Below are positions 20,116-29,678 of a stretch of DNA of 32,000 nucleotides, in pieces. The notes below the pieces were generated by a model. The model saw nothing but the letters and a program-made list of their open reading frames with translations. It did not search any database and had not been told where the DNA came from. Each line of letters starts with the position of its first letter. The first letter of the stretch is position 1. The position numbers were made by a program, and so were the translations under genes. This DNA is from Candidatus Methylomirabilis oxygeniifera (lineage in GTDB: Bacteria > Methylomirabilota > Methylomirabilia > Methylomirabilales > Methylomirabilaceae): positions 720,001 to 752,000 of the forward strand of contig FP565575.1 of NCBI GenBank assembly GCA_000091165.1, read 5' to 3'.

Positions 20116-22590
20116 ATGATAAAAAAATGGCTCACCGTTACGAGTGATGACATGAAAGCCAATGTCGTCCGGTTCACCGGTATCCTGACAAGTCGGATCG
20201 GGTTGGTGCGCAAACTAAAAAAGGTTGTCCGACCGGCTGTTCCGATTCTCTCGACTCTTCTTCTTCTCTCCTTTCCTATTGTGTCCGGGGGACTGCTTGC
20301 CCTGCACCTGAATGGTTTCTTCGCGTGGCCCGATTTCTCTCGGATACAGGACCGTCGTGAAACGAGCATGCTGTATGCGGAGGATGGTGAACTGTTAAGG
20401 GAGTACTGCACCTACTGCCGTAAGATAGCCACACTGTCCGAGATGGGCCACTTTCCAAAACTGGCGGTATTAGTAGAGGATACCGCATTTGAGAAACGCC
20501 TGACGCCGGTCAGCGGTCGCGGTATGGTGCGGGCGTTGTGGCAGGACCTGAAGACGCTGAGCCTCCAGCAGGGAGGATCGACCATTACGCAGCAGGTTGC
20601 GCGTATCCTGTTTGCGGAAGAAGAGCTCCGACGTGAACAGGAGAGGAAATCCTTGAGCGCCACATTGTGGCGGAAGGGAAGAGAGTTGTGGTTCGCGATG
20701 CTGCTTGAGGGGCACGTGGACAGAGCGAAAATCCTCGAGTTGTATCTCAACAATGTTTTTTGCGGACACGGGCGATACGGGGTCAAAGCCTGCAGTCAAT
20801 ACTACTTCCATAAGGAGCCGTCCGAGTTGTCGATTCCAGAAGCTGCCATGATGATCGGGACCTGGCGAACCCCGCAGTATTCTCCCTTCATCAATCCGGA
20901 AGAGGCAGTAAAGCTTCGAGGACGGGTGCTCGGCCAACTCGTCAGCGAGAAGGTTATGACCGAGGCGCAGCAAGAAGAATGGCAAAAGCTGCCGCTCCCC
21001 AAGCGACAGGATCGCGACCCATGCCGAGCGCTCCATGTCGCCGAATTCGTTCGACGACGGATCGTTCAGACCACACGCCTGGTCGATCAAGGGTTAAAGG
21101 TGCATACCAGCATCAACTGCGGCTGGCAGCGAGCGGCGGCCGATGCCCTCCACGAGTCGATGGAGACCATGAAGGCTCGGAATCCCGCGTTGACGGATTT
21201 GTGGGGGGTCGTCGTCCTTCTCGATGCCGGAACCGGGGCGATTAAAGTCTTTGCGCAAGAACCGGCATTTCAGGAAAATGAATATCTGCTGAATCAGATC
21301 AAGCGACACTGCGGCTCGGCCTGTAAGCCTTTCTTTTATGCGACATGGATCCTGAAGGGCGGAAGACTCTCATGTCAGGATCGGGGCACAGGACCCTGCC
21401 GATTGGACGATTCCTACGGCACTACGGACGGCAAGTCGGCGCTCTCACTCGCTATGGGCAAGGGCCGTGGCAGGCATCGTATCCAGAACTTCCCCTATGA
21501 ATCACTTGTACGATATACCGGTATCAGCGAGCCGATCCGTTGCCTCGCCGAATCACGGAACGCCTGCACCATGAGTGCCATTAGAGACGTTCGAGCCGCC
21601 GTCCGGGGATCACGGGTACCGAGACTTGTCTACAAAGAGGAGATACTCGGGCTCATGGCCCGACTGGGTATGCAGTTGCCGACGATGGAACCGGAACGCG
21701 CCAGGCGGGAAGGCATCCGGCTTATTACGTCCGAGGTTGCGCAGCGGTTCGGGCTTCCCGAGCACACGATCGATCCGGGACTGACGGTTGCCATCGGGTC
21801 AATTGACGTCTCGCCCCTCGATATGGCTGTCGCCCTGGCCGGACTCATGGGGAGTCGGGTCGAGCCCTACGCGATCGAGGAGATCGAGGGGCCATCCGGC
21901 GATGTGGTATACGACACCACGCCGAAGGAGTCTGAGAATATCTTTCAGAAAATCGTTGAGGAGGATCTGGTCGCAAAGCGTCGGTTGGAAAAGGTGCGGA
22001 ACGGCTTCAGCGGCGAACTGACCGTCGAAGAAAAGAAGAAGATTGAGGCAGACGCGAAACAGGCGGCCGAGACGTTGGTGTTGGCAATAACTCGCGGGCT
22101 TCGCGCGCCCGTCGAACTTGCGCATGGGACCGGGAGGCTGGCAACAACGGGCGATCCGGTGAGAGGTATACCGAAGTTGGATGTCCCGGTGACGGGGAAG
22201 ACCGGCACCGCCACCAACGAGCAGGGAGAAACCACGGACAACTGGTTTTATGGCTGTTCACCTTCTTACTGCATGGCGGTGTGGATCGGACGGGAAAAGA
22301 AACAGCCGATGGAAACAGCGATTGAAGCGCCCAACGGCCGGAAAGTCAAGGTGCAAGAGACCGGAGGTCGCAATGCGTTGCCCGTGTTTATCAAGACGAT
22401 GAAAGCGATCTACGATAATCGTCTTATAGAGACATTTCCGGAGGCAACGGATCCGAAGAAGCCGTTTCAGTTCTCGCTGCCGCCATCGGTCTTTTTTCTC
22501 GTGATGCCGGAGGAGGAGACGGGTACCCTGCATGTTCCAGAACGGTTCAGAGAGGAAGGGGCGAGTTCTGATGACCCAGATGACTTCTAA
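20116..22590 (+). CDS. Bifunctional class A penicillin-binding protein (GT51 glycosyltransferase + transpeptidase)
   Basis: 824 aa. N-terminal hydrophobic segment; GT51 motifs VEDTAFEKR and QQGGSTITQQVARILF, LELYLNNVFCGHGRYGV; transpeptidase SxxK (GSACKPFFYAT), SxN (ESRNACT) and GKTGTATN. A downstream ATG near 20152 is an alternative start. Confidence 0.92.
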   Translation: MIKKWLTVTSDDMKANVVRFTGILTSRIGLVRKLKKVVRPAVPILSTLLLLSFPIVSGGLLALHLNGFFAWPDFSRIQDRRETSMLYAEDGELLREYCTYCRKIATLSEMGHFPKLAVLVEDTAFEKRLTPVSGRGMVRALWQDLKTLSLQQGGSTITQQVARILFAEEELRREQERKSLSATLWRKGRELWFAMLLEGHVDRAKILELYLNNVFCGHGRYGVKACSQYYFHKEPSELSIPEAAMMIGTWRTPQYSPFINPEEAVKLRGRVLGQLVSEKVMTEAQQEEWQKLPLPKRQDRDPCRALHVAEFVRRRIVQTTRLVDQGLKVHTSINCGWQRAAADALHESMETMKARNPALTDLWGVVVLLDAGTGAIKVFAQEPAFQENEYLLNQIKRHCGSACKPFFYATWILKGGRLSCQDRGTGPCRLDDSYGTTDGKSALSLAMGKGRGRHRIQNFPYESLVRYTGISEPIRCLAESRNACTMSAIRDVRAAVRGSRVPRLVYKEEILGLMARLGMQLPTMEPERARREGIRLITSEVAQRFGLPEHTIDPGLTVAIGSIDVSPLDMAVALAGLMGSRVEPYAIEEIEGPSGDVVYDTTPKESENIFQKIVEEDLVAKRRLEKVRNGFSGELTVEEKKKIEADAKQAAETLVLAITRGLRAPVELAHGTGRLATTGDPVRGIPKLDVPVTGKTGTATNEQGETTDNWFYGCSPSYCMAVWIGREKKQPMETAIEAPNGRKVKVQETGGRNALPVFIKTMKAIYDNRLIETFPEATDPKKPFQFSLPPSVFFLVMPEEETGTLHVPERFREEGASSDDPDDF

Positions 22591-23947
22591 TCCTCGCAAT
22601 GACGCCGGTAACAGGAACCATCGAGCCAAGCTCAGCGCTTTTCTTGCGTGTGTAGCCGTCATCCTGTTCGGGTTGCTCGCAAACAGTTATCAGGCGTTGG
22701 CTCAGCCCCTGCTCCTTGAAAAGATCAAAGAAGCCCGGAATCGACTGGAGGGGTTGGAGTTGAACCATCAGTTTACCATGGTTCAAGGGGTGGTTCCCGT
22801 TGCGGGGCGATCGAAAGGACGAGGACGAAAAGCTGCTGTCCGGCACGTAAAGCATCAGGGACTGAAACGGGACGTGGCGGTCGTGGGGCTGAATAGTAAG
22901 ACCGGGGAGTTGAAAGATTTCACCTTTACGGAAACCGTTCTACTTGAGCGTAAGAAACGCCCCAGCGTGAAGCCTCCTCAAATCATCGCTGAAGAGAACG
23001 ACTGTAAATTGCTCTGGCGCGGCGGAAGCCGATGGGGCTTTAACAGGGATCTGCTGCTCACCTGCGATGGTAAGGAGTTCGTCATCATCAACCTGACGAT
23101 GTGGACCTCGCGGACAGCGCGCACCGTGGTGGTCGACAAAAACACCGGCAGACGGACATGCCGCCAAGGCTCAGCAGAACAGCTTCTCGGTTCCTATGTC
23201 CCGTACTCTCCGGAACTCCATACGCCGGACGTTGCAGAAGAAGGACGCAGGTATCTGGAGCGGGCAATACTTCAAGCCCTTCAGGATCTGGACGACCTTC
23301 ACGTGACATCCAAGACGTTTACTGACCAGAACCTGAGTGATCTCGCCTCAATTGACTTCATTCATGCCCTACTCGTTGATGAGCACATGGATCCGGACGA
23401 ATTCAAAAAACATGAGGAAAACGGGACGCTGTCCAGACTTATCGAAAAGTATTGGGTGGAGGTCGCCATCAATCAGGGCTCAGCGTTCAGGATGAGCGTT
23501 TCTCCGGCCGGGGCAACAGGCATCAGTCAGTTTATCTGTCCCACCTACGCGCGGATTCTTGATGAATCTCCACAAGCCAAGCTTGACCCGGTGTTTGTGC
23601 GCGGTATGCAGGATCATGTCAATGCTGTGAAGGCGTCAATCACCCTTTTTGACTCCGACATGTCATCCTGGTGGACTCCAACGGTCAGAAAGATCTGTTC
23701 TGTCTCCACTGAAATGCTCGAAGACTGCTGGGCGGCTTCGTATAACGGAGGCCCCAATAGACTGAACCTGGTGATCGCAAGGCGCGGGAAGGACTGGGTT
23801 GAGAAAGAAACAATGATCCGGAGTACGCGTCGCTACTTCGCCTCCCGACTTAAGGAGGAGACCTATACGTATCTCGCGAAGCTTGGCAGTATACGAGAGT
23901 ATCTCCTAGCCCTTGAACAAAATGCCCCATCAGCACCGAATCCTTAA
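22571..23947 (+). CDS. Signal-anchored protein with C-terminal lytic transglycosylase (SLT)-like fold, probably catalytically degenerate
   Basis: Hydrophobic N-terminus (KLSAFLACVAVILFGLLANSYQALA). C-terminal region INQGSAFRMSVSPAGATGISQFICPTYARI ... CWAASYNGGPNRLNLVI resembles SLT motifs (ESxF...SPxGAxGLMQ...; AxYNxGPxRV). ATG at 22571 lies inside the PBP gene, with GAGGAAGGGGCG upstream. Confidence 0.7.
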   Translation: MTQMTSNPRNDAGNRNHRAKLSAFLACVAVILFGLLANSYQALAQPLLLEKIKEARNRLEGLELNHQFTMVQGVVPVAGRSKGRGRKAAVRHVKHQGLKRDVAVVGLNSKTGELKDFTFTETVLLERKKRPSVKPPQIIAEENDCKLLWRGGSRWGFNRDLLLTCDGKEFVIINLTMWTSRTARTVVVDKNTGRRTCRQGSAEQLLGSYVPYSPELHTPDVAEEGRRYLERAILQALQDLDDLHVTSKTFTDQNLSDLASIDFIHALLVDEHMDPDEFKKHEENGTLSRLIEKYWVEVAINQGSAFRMSVSPAGATGISQFICPTYARILDESPQAKLDPVFVRGMQDHVNAVKASITLFDSDMSSWWTPTVRKICSVSTEMLEDCWAASYNGGPNRLNLVIARRGKDWVEKETMIRSTRRYFASRLKEETYTYLAKLGSIREYLLALEQNAPSAPNP

Positions 23948-24364
23948 AGCGAAGCGATGTGAAAGCGTCATCCAGCCTCTAAAGATATACATCTTATCCT
24001 ATTGTATTTATAGGATTAGTTAAATGTCGATCGGCCGTTTTATGTGCTGGGGACCGTCGTTGTACGGAATTGAGGGTGGAAGACACAATTTTATATCAGG
24101 CTCCCAGCCGTTTTAAGATGAAGGGGATATATTGGGAATAGTATTGTTGTTCGATCGGTCAGCCGAGGTGACTTATGAGCAGAGTGAGAGGGCAAGCTCG
24201 CTACAATTTAGTTGACAGTGGCTGGTGGAGAAGTGTACAAAGGTCATCGCGTGATGGTCCCTGCGTAAAGGACTGAGTGATCCCGCTGGAGTCGTTTGTG
24301 GCGAAATGGATGGGAGAATGAAAGGCTACTGTAGCTTACACCCGATGTCAAAGGAGGAGCAACG

Positions 24365-24652
24365 ATGATCTACCACATCATGTGTGAAGTCGCACCAGGG
24401 AAAGAAGACGCATTGGATGCCTTCTTAGTCGGTAAAATGAAAAAATTCTGGCTCGCCAACCAAGGGGTCTCGAGGTTCCACATCTATGGGGACCACTTGG
24501 CGAATAAGTTGGAGCGGGTCATTACGATTGAGGTCGGCGACTTCAGCAACTTCGATAAGATTTTGGCGCTCGATGAGCGCAAGGCGCTTCGTAGCGAGCT
24601 CATGGAGTTAGCCACAAATGTGCAGAGTCGGATTATGGAGGTCATCGAGTAA
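24365..24652 (+). CDS. Small ABM-like (dimeric alpha-beta barrel) protein
   Basis: 95 aa MIYHIMCEVAPGKEDALDAFLVGKMKKFWLANQGVSRFHIYGDH...; strong SD (AAAGGAGGAGCAACG) before the ATG; terminator immediately downstream. Family assignment is from secondary-structure-like pattern only. Confidence 0.65.
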   Translation: MIYHIMCEVAPGKEDALDAFLVGKMKKFWLANQGVSRFHIYGDHLANKLERVITIEVGDFSNFDKILALDERKALRSELMELATNVQSRIMEVIE

Positions 24653-24678
24653 ATCTTACGAGTGACGGCGGCTCTCAA

Positions 24679-24717
24679 AAGGAAGGAGGTCCTGATGTCG
24701 GACCTCCTTCCTTTTTT
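24679..24717 (+). terminator. Strong Rho-independent terminator (possibly bidirectional between convergent genes)
   Basis: AAGGAAGGAGGTCC-TGATGTC-GGACCTCCTTCCTTTTTT: long perfect stem with T-run. Confidence 0.93.
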
Positions 24718-24728
24718 GTAGGTCTGTG

Positions 24729-25517
24729 CTACTCGGTTACCTTACCAAGGAATCCGAGTAGAATACGGTTGAACACCTCCGGCTGCTCCAGGTTGCACAG
24801 GTGCGACGCCGAGGGGAGGGTGGCAAGCTCGGAGGAGGGGAGGGCGGCGCAAATCTCATGCGCCATGGTCACTGGAGTCCCCGGATCGTTTTCGCCTGCG
24901 ATGACGAGAGCCGGGCAGCGGATCTCACCGAGACGATCGGTAACGTCGATGGTAGGAATCGCGTAGCAGCAGCCGATATACCCCTGCGGAGGCGTGCTCC
25001 TGATCATGGCGCGCACAGTGTCCATCACACCCTGGCGACGTTCTCGAAACGGTGCCGTGAACCATCGCTCAAGCGCCGGCTCCACCAACGGTTCCATGCC
25101 CTTCGCCTCCACCGCGCGGATACGTTCCTCCCAGGCCGACCGGGCCGCCGTCGGGTAGCGGCTGGTGGTGGAGGAAAGGATCAGACTTCGGACCATCGAC
25201 GGGTACTTGAGCGCAAAGATCTGGCCGATCATCCCGCCCATCGAGATTCCTACGAAGTGTGTTTGTGCGACGCCAAGCACGTTGAGCAGTCCGTATACGT
25301 CGTCAGCCATCTGTTCGAGGCTGTAGGGTTCAGGCGGCGCGCTGGTCCGGCCATGCCCTCGCGTATCGTATCTGAGCACCCGGTAGCGTGTGCTGAGCGC
25401 CTTCGCCTGTTCATCCCAGAGGGCGAGATTGCACCCGAGGGCATGGCTCATGGTCACAACCGGGCCCTCTCCATCGATCGTGTAGTAGATGTCGATACCG
25501 TTGGCTGTAATCTTCAT
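24729..25517 (-). CDS. Alpha/beta hydrolase, 3-oxoadipate enol-lactonase-like
   Basis: MKITANGIDIYYTIDGEGPVVTMSHALGCNLALWDEQ...RYDTRGHGRTSAP, nucleophile elbow VGISMGGMIGQ, AGENDPGTPV, and H in LPSASHLCNLEQP. The ORF track extends upstream to 25598; ATG at 25517 is more likely. Confidence 0.87.
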   Translation of the reverse strand: MKITANGIDIYYTIDGEGPVVTMSHALGCNLALWDEQAKALSTRYRVLRYDTRGHGRTSAPPEPYSLEQMADDVYGLLNVLGVAQTHFVGISMGGMIGQIFALKYPSMVRSLILSSTTSRYPTAARSAWEERIRAVEAKGMEPLVEPALERWFTAPFRERRQGVMDTVRAMIRSTPPQGYIGCCYAIPTIDVTDRLGEIRCPALVIAGENDPGTPVTMAHEICAALPSSELATLPSASHLCNLEQPEVFNRILLGFLGKVTE

Positions 25518-25601
25518 CCTGCCTCCCTTAGAGCTATTGGCAGTGGGCGGTGGCCGGTCCGAAGCGATCGGTCTTCCAACCACTAACCACTCATTCACTG
25601 C

Positions 25602-26204
25602 TCACTGTGAGTAGCCGTTGACGTAGGGGAGGCTTCCGGCGACCCGGTTGATCTCATGTTCCACCTCCAGCAGGACGCCCATCGCGTTCCAGGTCCCAGC
25701 CAGGAGCTGATTGCGAGCTCCGTCCGGAATCATGGCCGGGATGCTCCGCTCGCCGATACGTACCAAGCGGTGCTCGATATCAAGCAACACTTCCTGCTCC
25801 GGGTGCTGCGACACGGCCTCTCCTAACCGGGCGAGGCACTCACCATCCAGCGTCAGGCAAGGGAGCCCAATCGCTGTGCAGTTACCGAAGAAGATCTCGG
25901 CGAACGACTCGCCCACGATGCCCCGGATGCCCCAGCGCCTGAGCGCCTCAGGCGCATGCTCTCGCGAGGAGCCGCAGCCGAAGTTTTGGCCGACAACCAG
26001 GATTGTCGCCCCCTGATAACGAGCCTGATTGAACGGGTGATCCGGCATCTGGCGGCGGTCGTCCTCAAAGACGTGCGCTTCGAGACCCTCGAAGGTGATA
26101 CATTTCAGGAAGCGGGCGGGAATGATCCGGTCGGTGTCGATGTCGTTGCCGGGCAGCGGTATTGCGCGACCGCAGATCTCGCGTCGAGTGTCGTTCTGTC
26201 TCAC
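25602..26204 (-). CDS. leuD: 3-isopropylmalate dehydratase small subunit
   Basis: [73 protein letters not shown] overlap with leuC. Confidence 0.93.
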   Translation of the reverse strand: MRQNDTRREICGRAIPLPGNDIDTDRIIPARFLKCITFEGLEAHVFEDDRRQMPDHPFNQARYQGATILVVGQNFGCGSSREHAPEALRRWGIRGIVGESFAEIFFGNCTAIGLPCLTLDGECLARLGEAVSQHPEQEVLLDIEHRLVRIGERSIPAMIPDGARNQLLAGTWNAMGVLLEVEHEINRVAGSLPYVNGYSQ

Positions 26205-27604
26205 GGCAGCATCTCCCGCACGTCGACGATCTGCCCCCGAATGGCCGCCGCGGCCACCATAGCCGGGCTCATGAGGAGGGTACGGCCCGTGGGGCTTCCC
26301 ATCCGCCCCTTGAAGTTCCGGTTGCTGGACGCGGCGCAGATCTCCCGGCCTGTCAACTTATCCTCATTCATCCCGAGGCAGAGCGAGCAGCCGGCCTTGC
26401 GCCATTCAAACCCGGCCTCCAGGAAGATTTCGTGGAGTCCCTCGGTCTCAGCCGCCCTGGCCACCGCCTGGGATCCTGGAACGACAAGCGCCCGCATTCC
26501 CTTCGCCACCTTTCGCCCCCTGACAACCTGGGCCGCAATCCGTAAGTCAGAGAGACGCCCGTTAGTACAGGAGCCAATGAACGCGACATCGATCGAGGTT
26601 CCGGCGATCGGCTGGCCGGACTCAAGTTCCATGAAGACCAGCGCTTCGGCCCAGGCAGCCCGGTCCACATCGGGTGCGTCGTTGGGATGCGGAATCCGCT
26701 CGCTCACTCCTATCGATTGCCCGGGGTTGATACCCCAGGTGAGCATCGGCTCGATCGAGGGGGCGTCCAGTCGCACGACATCGTCGAAGCCGGCGTCAGG
26801 GTCGGTTGTCATGTTGCTCCACCAGGCTACGGCTCGATCAAACGCTTCGCCCTGCGGCGCGAACGGGCGTCCCTTCAGGTATTCGAAGGTAATTGTGTCG
26901 GGGTTCACATAGCCGACGCGCGCGCCGCCCTCGATGCTCATGTTGCAGATGGTCAGGCGCTCCTCCATCGACATCGCCGTGACGGCCGAGCCGGCGTACT
27001 CATAGGCGTAACCCACTCCGCCATTCACACCTAACCTGCCAATGATCGCGAGGATTACGTCCTTGGCGTAGACCCCACGCGTGAGCCTCCCCTCTACCCG
27101 GATTTGTCGGAGCTTTGGTTTCGCCATCGCCAGACATTGAGTCGCCAGGATATCCCGCACCTGGCTGGTGCCGATGCCGAACGCCAGCGCCCCCAGCGCC
27201 CCGTGGGTAGAGGTATGGCTGTCGCCGCAGGCGATGGTCATGCCCGGGTGGGTCAGGCCAAGCTCCGGTCCGATGACGTGAACGATCCCCTGCCGCTCAT
27301 TCTCCAGGTTAAAGAACGGGACACCGAACTCCTTACAGTTTCTGGCCAGGTGGACGGCCATCTCCTCAGCCATCGGGTCGGCGAAGGGGCGGAGCTGAGA
27401 GGCGGTCGGAACGATGTGGTCGATGGTTGCAAAGGTCCGCTTGGGATAGCGGACTGTGAGTCCCGCCTCCCGCAGCATCTGGAAAGCCTGAGGGCTGGTC
27501 ACCTCGTGGATCAGGTGCAGACCGATGAAAAGCTGTGTCTGTCCCGAGGGAAGCGTTCGAACCGTGTGGGCTCGCCAGACTTTATCGAGGAGGGTGTCGG
27601 CCAT
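26201..27604 (-). CDS. leuC: 3-isopropylmalate dehydratase large subunit
   Basis: Aconitase-family motifs: [85 protein letters not shown]. Confidence 0.95.
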   Translation of the reverse strand: MADTLLDKVWRAHTVRTLPSGQTQLFIGLHLIHEVTSPQAFQMLREAGLTVRYPKRTFATIDHIVPTASQLRPFADPMAEEMAVHLARNCKEFGVPFFNLENERQGIVHVIGPELGLTHPGMTIACGDSHTSTHGALGALAFGIGTSQVRDILATQCLAMAKPKLRQIRVEGRLTRGVYAKDVILAIIGRLGVNGGVGYAYEYAGSAVTAMSMEERLTICNMSIEGGARVGYVNPDTITFEYLKGRPFAPQGEAFDRAVAWWSNMTTDPDAGFDDVVRLDAPSIEPMLTWGINPGQSIGVSERIPHPNDAPDVDRAAWAEALVFMELESGQPIAGTSIDVAFIGSCTNGRLSDLRIAAQVVRGRKVAKGMRALVVPGSQAVARAAETEGLHEIFLEAGFEWRKAGCSLCLGMNEDKLTGREICAASSNRNFKGRMGSPTGRTLLMSPAMVAAAAIRGQIVDVREMLP

Positions 27605-27792
27605 AGCGTTGTTATTGTGCCAGAAGGTGGCGCCTGGCGCAAGCCTGTCGTCACGTCGGGTCGTGCGGACCAGTTGAGCCTTTGCTGCTCTTACGATTTC
27701 ATTTTGCTTGACACCTGCCTATACAGAGCTATGTTTAACGTGCTGTCATCTCAGCGAATTGACTCGGATCTCGTTTATCGCGGCTACTGAAT

Positions 27793-27827
27793 GGGTTGCA
27801 GTGGCAGCGAGCCGATTCACGCAACCC
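27793..27827 (+). promoter_or_regulatory. Inverted repeat / possible stem-loop in the 5' leader of the downstream small exported protein gene
   Basis: GGGTTGC (27793-27799) and GCAACCC (27821-27827) flanking a loop, just upstream of AAGGAG and the ATG at 27848. Confidence 0.4.
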
Positions 27828-27847
27828 ACCTTCACAAGGAGTCCACG

Positions 27848-28219
27848 ATGATGAAACGAAGACTGATAGTGTCCGCGATGGCTACTGCCCTGTCTCTGTC
27901 TGCTGAGTTCGCATTAGCCGCTGACCCGGAGCCAACCAAGGAACAGGCTCAAACGCAGAAGCAGGAAGAAATCTACGGCAGCCAACTTATGACGCCCCAA
28001 GAACGAGCCGACCATCGCGCCAAAATGCGCGCGGCGAAGACGGCTGAGGAGCGAGAGAAAATCCGCAAGGAACAGCATAAGCTCATGCAAGAGCGTGCGA
28101 AGGCGCGTGGTCTGGCACTACCGGATGAGCCGCCTGCTATGGGTGGCGGCATGGGTCCCGGTGGTGGTATGGGACCAGGAGGTGGCGGCATGGGACCTGG
28201 TGGGCGTCGCGGCTACTAA
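27848..28219 (+). CDS. Small exported protein with Gly/Met/Pro-rich C-terminal repeats
   Basis: Signal peptide MMKRRLIVSAMATALSLSAEFALAADPEPTKEQ, charged helical middle, tail PAMGGGMGPGGGMGPGGGMGPGGRRGY. SD AAGGAG upstream of ATG 27848. Confidence 0.7.
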   Translation: MMKRRLIVSAMATALSLSAEFALAADPEPTKEQAQTQKQEEIYGSQLMTPQERADHRAKMRAAKTAEEREKIRKEQHKLMQERAKARGLALPDEPPAMGGGMGPGGGMGPGGGGMGPGGRRGY

Positions 28220-28234
28220 CTAAAATGACATAAA

Positions 28235-28525
28235 ATAGGGACAGACACTATTATCGTGACGATTCGTGGTGGTTGCGGTCATGATCGTGCATGCCGCGAA
28301 TTGCTCGAACCGTTGCTCCGGCCACCCATATCATGTGACGCAATGAGGGAATGATCACCAGGCGGTCTTTCGGAACGACAGCGATTCGAAGGCACACGAT
28401 GACAGAGCGGCCACTGCAAAGAGACGGGTTCATCTGGGAGGTGCGCAGGAAACTGAACGAGTAAGACACGTGTTGCAGACGGGAAGACCAAGAAAGGATT
28501 TCAAGAAATAATGTCTGTCCCTGTA
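28235..28525 (+). mobile_element. Degenerate miniature element derived from a REP-associated Y1/IS200-like transposase unit, copy 1
   Basis: Terminal inverted repeat ATAGGGACAGACACTATTAT at the left and AATAATGTCTGTCCCTGTAT at the right. Internal remnant starts MPRIARTVAPATHIM* (cf. MPRIARIV.PG.PHHV.QRG N-termini of Y1 transposases). Alignable over its length with 29679-29972. Confidence 0.75.
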
Positions 28526-28558
28526 TCCCATGGCTGAGTAGGAGGGAAGGGAAACATC

Positions 28559-28849
28559 ATGCCAAAGGCCTATTGGGTCAGCGCATATCGTGCGGTAAGG
28601 GACCCTGACAAGCTTGCCGCATACGCGAAGCTTGCCAGTCCCGCAATCACTGCCGGCGGAGGGCGCATTCTCGCGCGTGGCGAACCGGCGAAGGTGTACG
28701 AATACGGCGTGAAGCAGCGCATCGTTCTGATCGAGTTCGATAGCGTCGAGCAAGCTGTTGCCACTCATGACAGTCCCGGCTACCAGGCCGCGCTGGCCGC
28801 TCTTGGCGACGGCGCCGAACGGGAAATTCGCATCGTTGTAGGCGTCTGA
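28559..28849 (+). CDS. DUF1330-like small protein
   Basis: 96 aa MPKAYWVSAYRAVRDPDKLAAYAKLASPAITAGGGRILARGEPAKVYEYGVKQRIVLIEFDSVEQAVATHDSPGYQAALAALGDGAEREIRIVVGV, a pattern typical of DUF1330. Confidence 0.88.
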   Translation: MPKAYWVSAYRAVRDPDKLAAYAKLASPAITAGGGRILARGEPAKVYEYGVKQRIVLIEFDSVEQAVATHDSPGYQAALAALGDGAEREIRIVVGV

Positions 28850-28956
28850 GTGTCGTCGGTCGCAATGTCTTATAAGGCCCTTGCGCGATTGGTGCGAATC
28901 CTTGCTCAATGTCGATACAGCGGAGGCGCTCCACGGCGAATGTCTCGGCCGGACGC

Positions 28957-29403
28957 CTACTGTGCCCACTCTAGGGAATCGCGCTTGGCCTTGTAGTGCT
29001 CGCCCAATTTCAGGGCCATGGCCTGTTCGCAGAGGTTCAGGGCAGCGTGGAAGTTTCCTAGCTCGGTGTAGGCCTGGATACCCCGCTCGAAACAGGTCAT
29101 GCCCTCCAGCATCCGACGGTACTCATGCGGGAAGGCCGCCTCAAGCTCCGGCAGGTAGCCCAGGGATACGCCCACGGAGGCCGCACAGTCCTCCCACTGC
29201 CCGCACCGAGCCTGGGCTTCGGCGTACAGGTCGTATGCCACCGCTTTCACCGAATTGGGCAGACTCGCCTGACCTTCGAAGGTGCGGCGCAAATACTTCA
29301 GCGCGGATTCCGGCCCGCCGAAGGCCGCCTCGCGGTGACCCACCAGCAGATCGGCCAGGACGTCCTTGACCGACTTGCGGACGGGTTCCTGTCGCTTCCC
29401 CAT
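28957..29403 (-). CDS. Tetratricopeptide-like repeat protein
   Basis: 148 aa, Ala/Leu/Tyr periodicity: VKAVAYDLYAEAQARCGQWEDCAASVGVSLGYLPELE ... FERGIQAYTELGNFHAALNLCEQAMALKLGEHY. Confidence 0.65.
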   Translation of the reverse strand: MGKRQEPVRKSVKDVLADLLVGHREAAFGGPESALKYLRRTFEGQASLPNSVKAVAYDLYAEAQARCGQWEDCAASVGVSLGYLPELEAAFPHEYRRMLEGMTCFERGIQAYTELGNFHAALNLCEQAMALKLGEHYKAKRDSLEWAQ

Positions 29404-29429
29404 AAGACCTCCCTATTCTGCTCCGGCCC

Positions 29430-29513
29430 GTCATTCCGTGCTTGATGAGCCTGCCCCGTACTGGATACGGGGGAATTCAGTCGGGTCCTGGATACCGGCT
29501 TCCGCCGGTATGA
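29430..29513. repeat. Short intergenic repeat related to the 4081-4169 element, copy B
   Basis: GTCATTCCGTGC...CTGGATACCGGCTTCCGCCGGTATGAC, with the same GTCATTCC-type and (G)GTATGAC/GGAATGAC-type ends. Confidence 0.5.
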
Positions 29514-29678
29514 CGAATTGGCGGCAAGCCGCGGCGAATGAACCCTCAGTCGATTCAAGTGATAAAAATTGCTTTTCCCGGCGGCACGGGCACACGCCCG
29601 TTGGGACCGACCTGACGTAGCGTCTTCATGGCGGGGAGTATGCGGGAATCCGACTGGAAGGTCAAGATCGTAGGGTAA

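Noticed and set aside
24801-25586. 261-aa plus-strand ORF
   Set aside because: Antisense to the alpha/beta hydrolase; Arg/His-rich shadow ORF.
28140-28205. Possible minisatellite or CRISPR-like short repeats
   Set aside because: These are in-frame Gly/Met/Pro codon repeats inside the small exported protein gene, with no spacers and no cas genes.
29366-29620. 84-aa ORF containing GSWIPASAGMTN
   Set aside because: Same kind of spurious repeat translation, overlapping repeat copy B.
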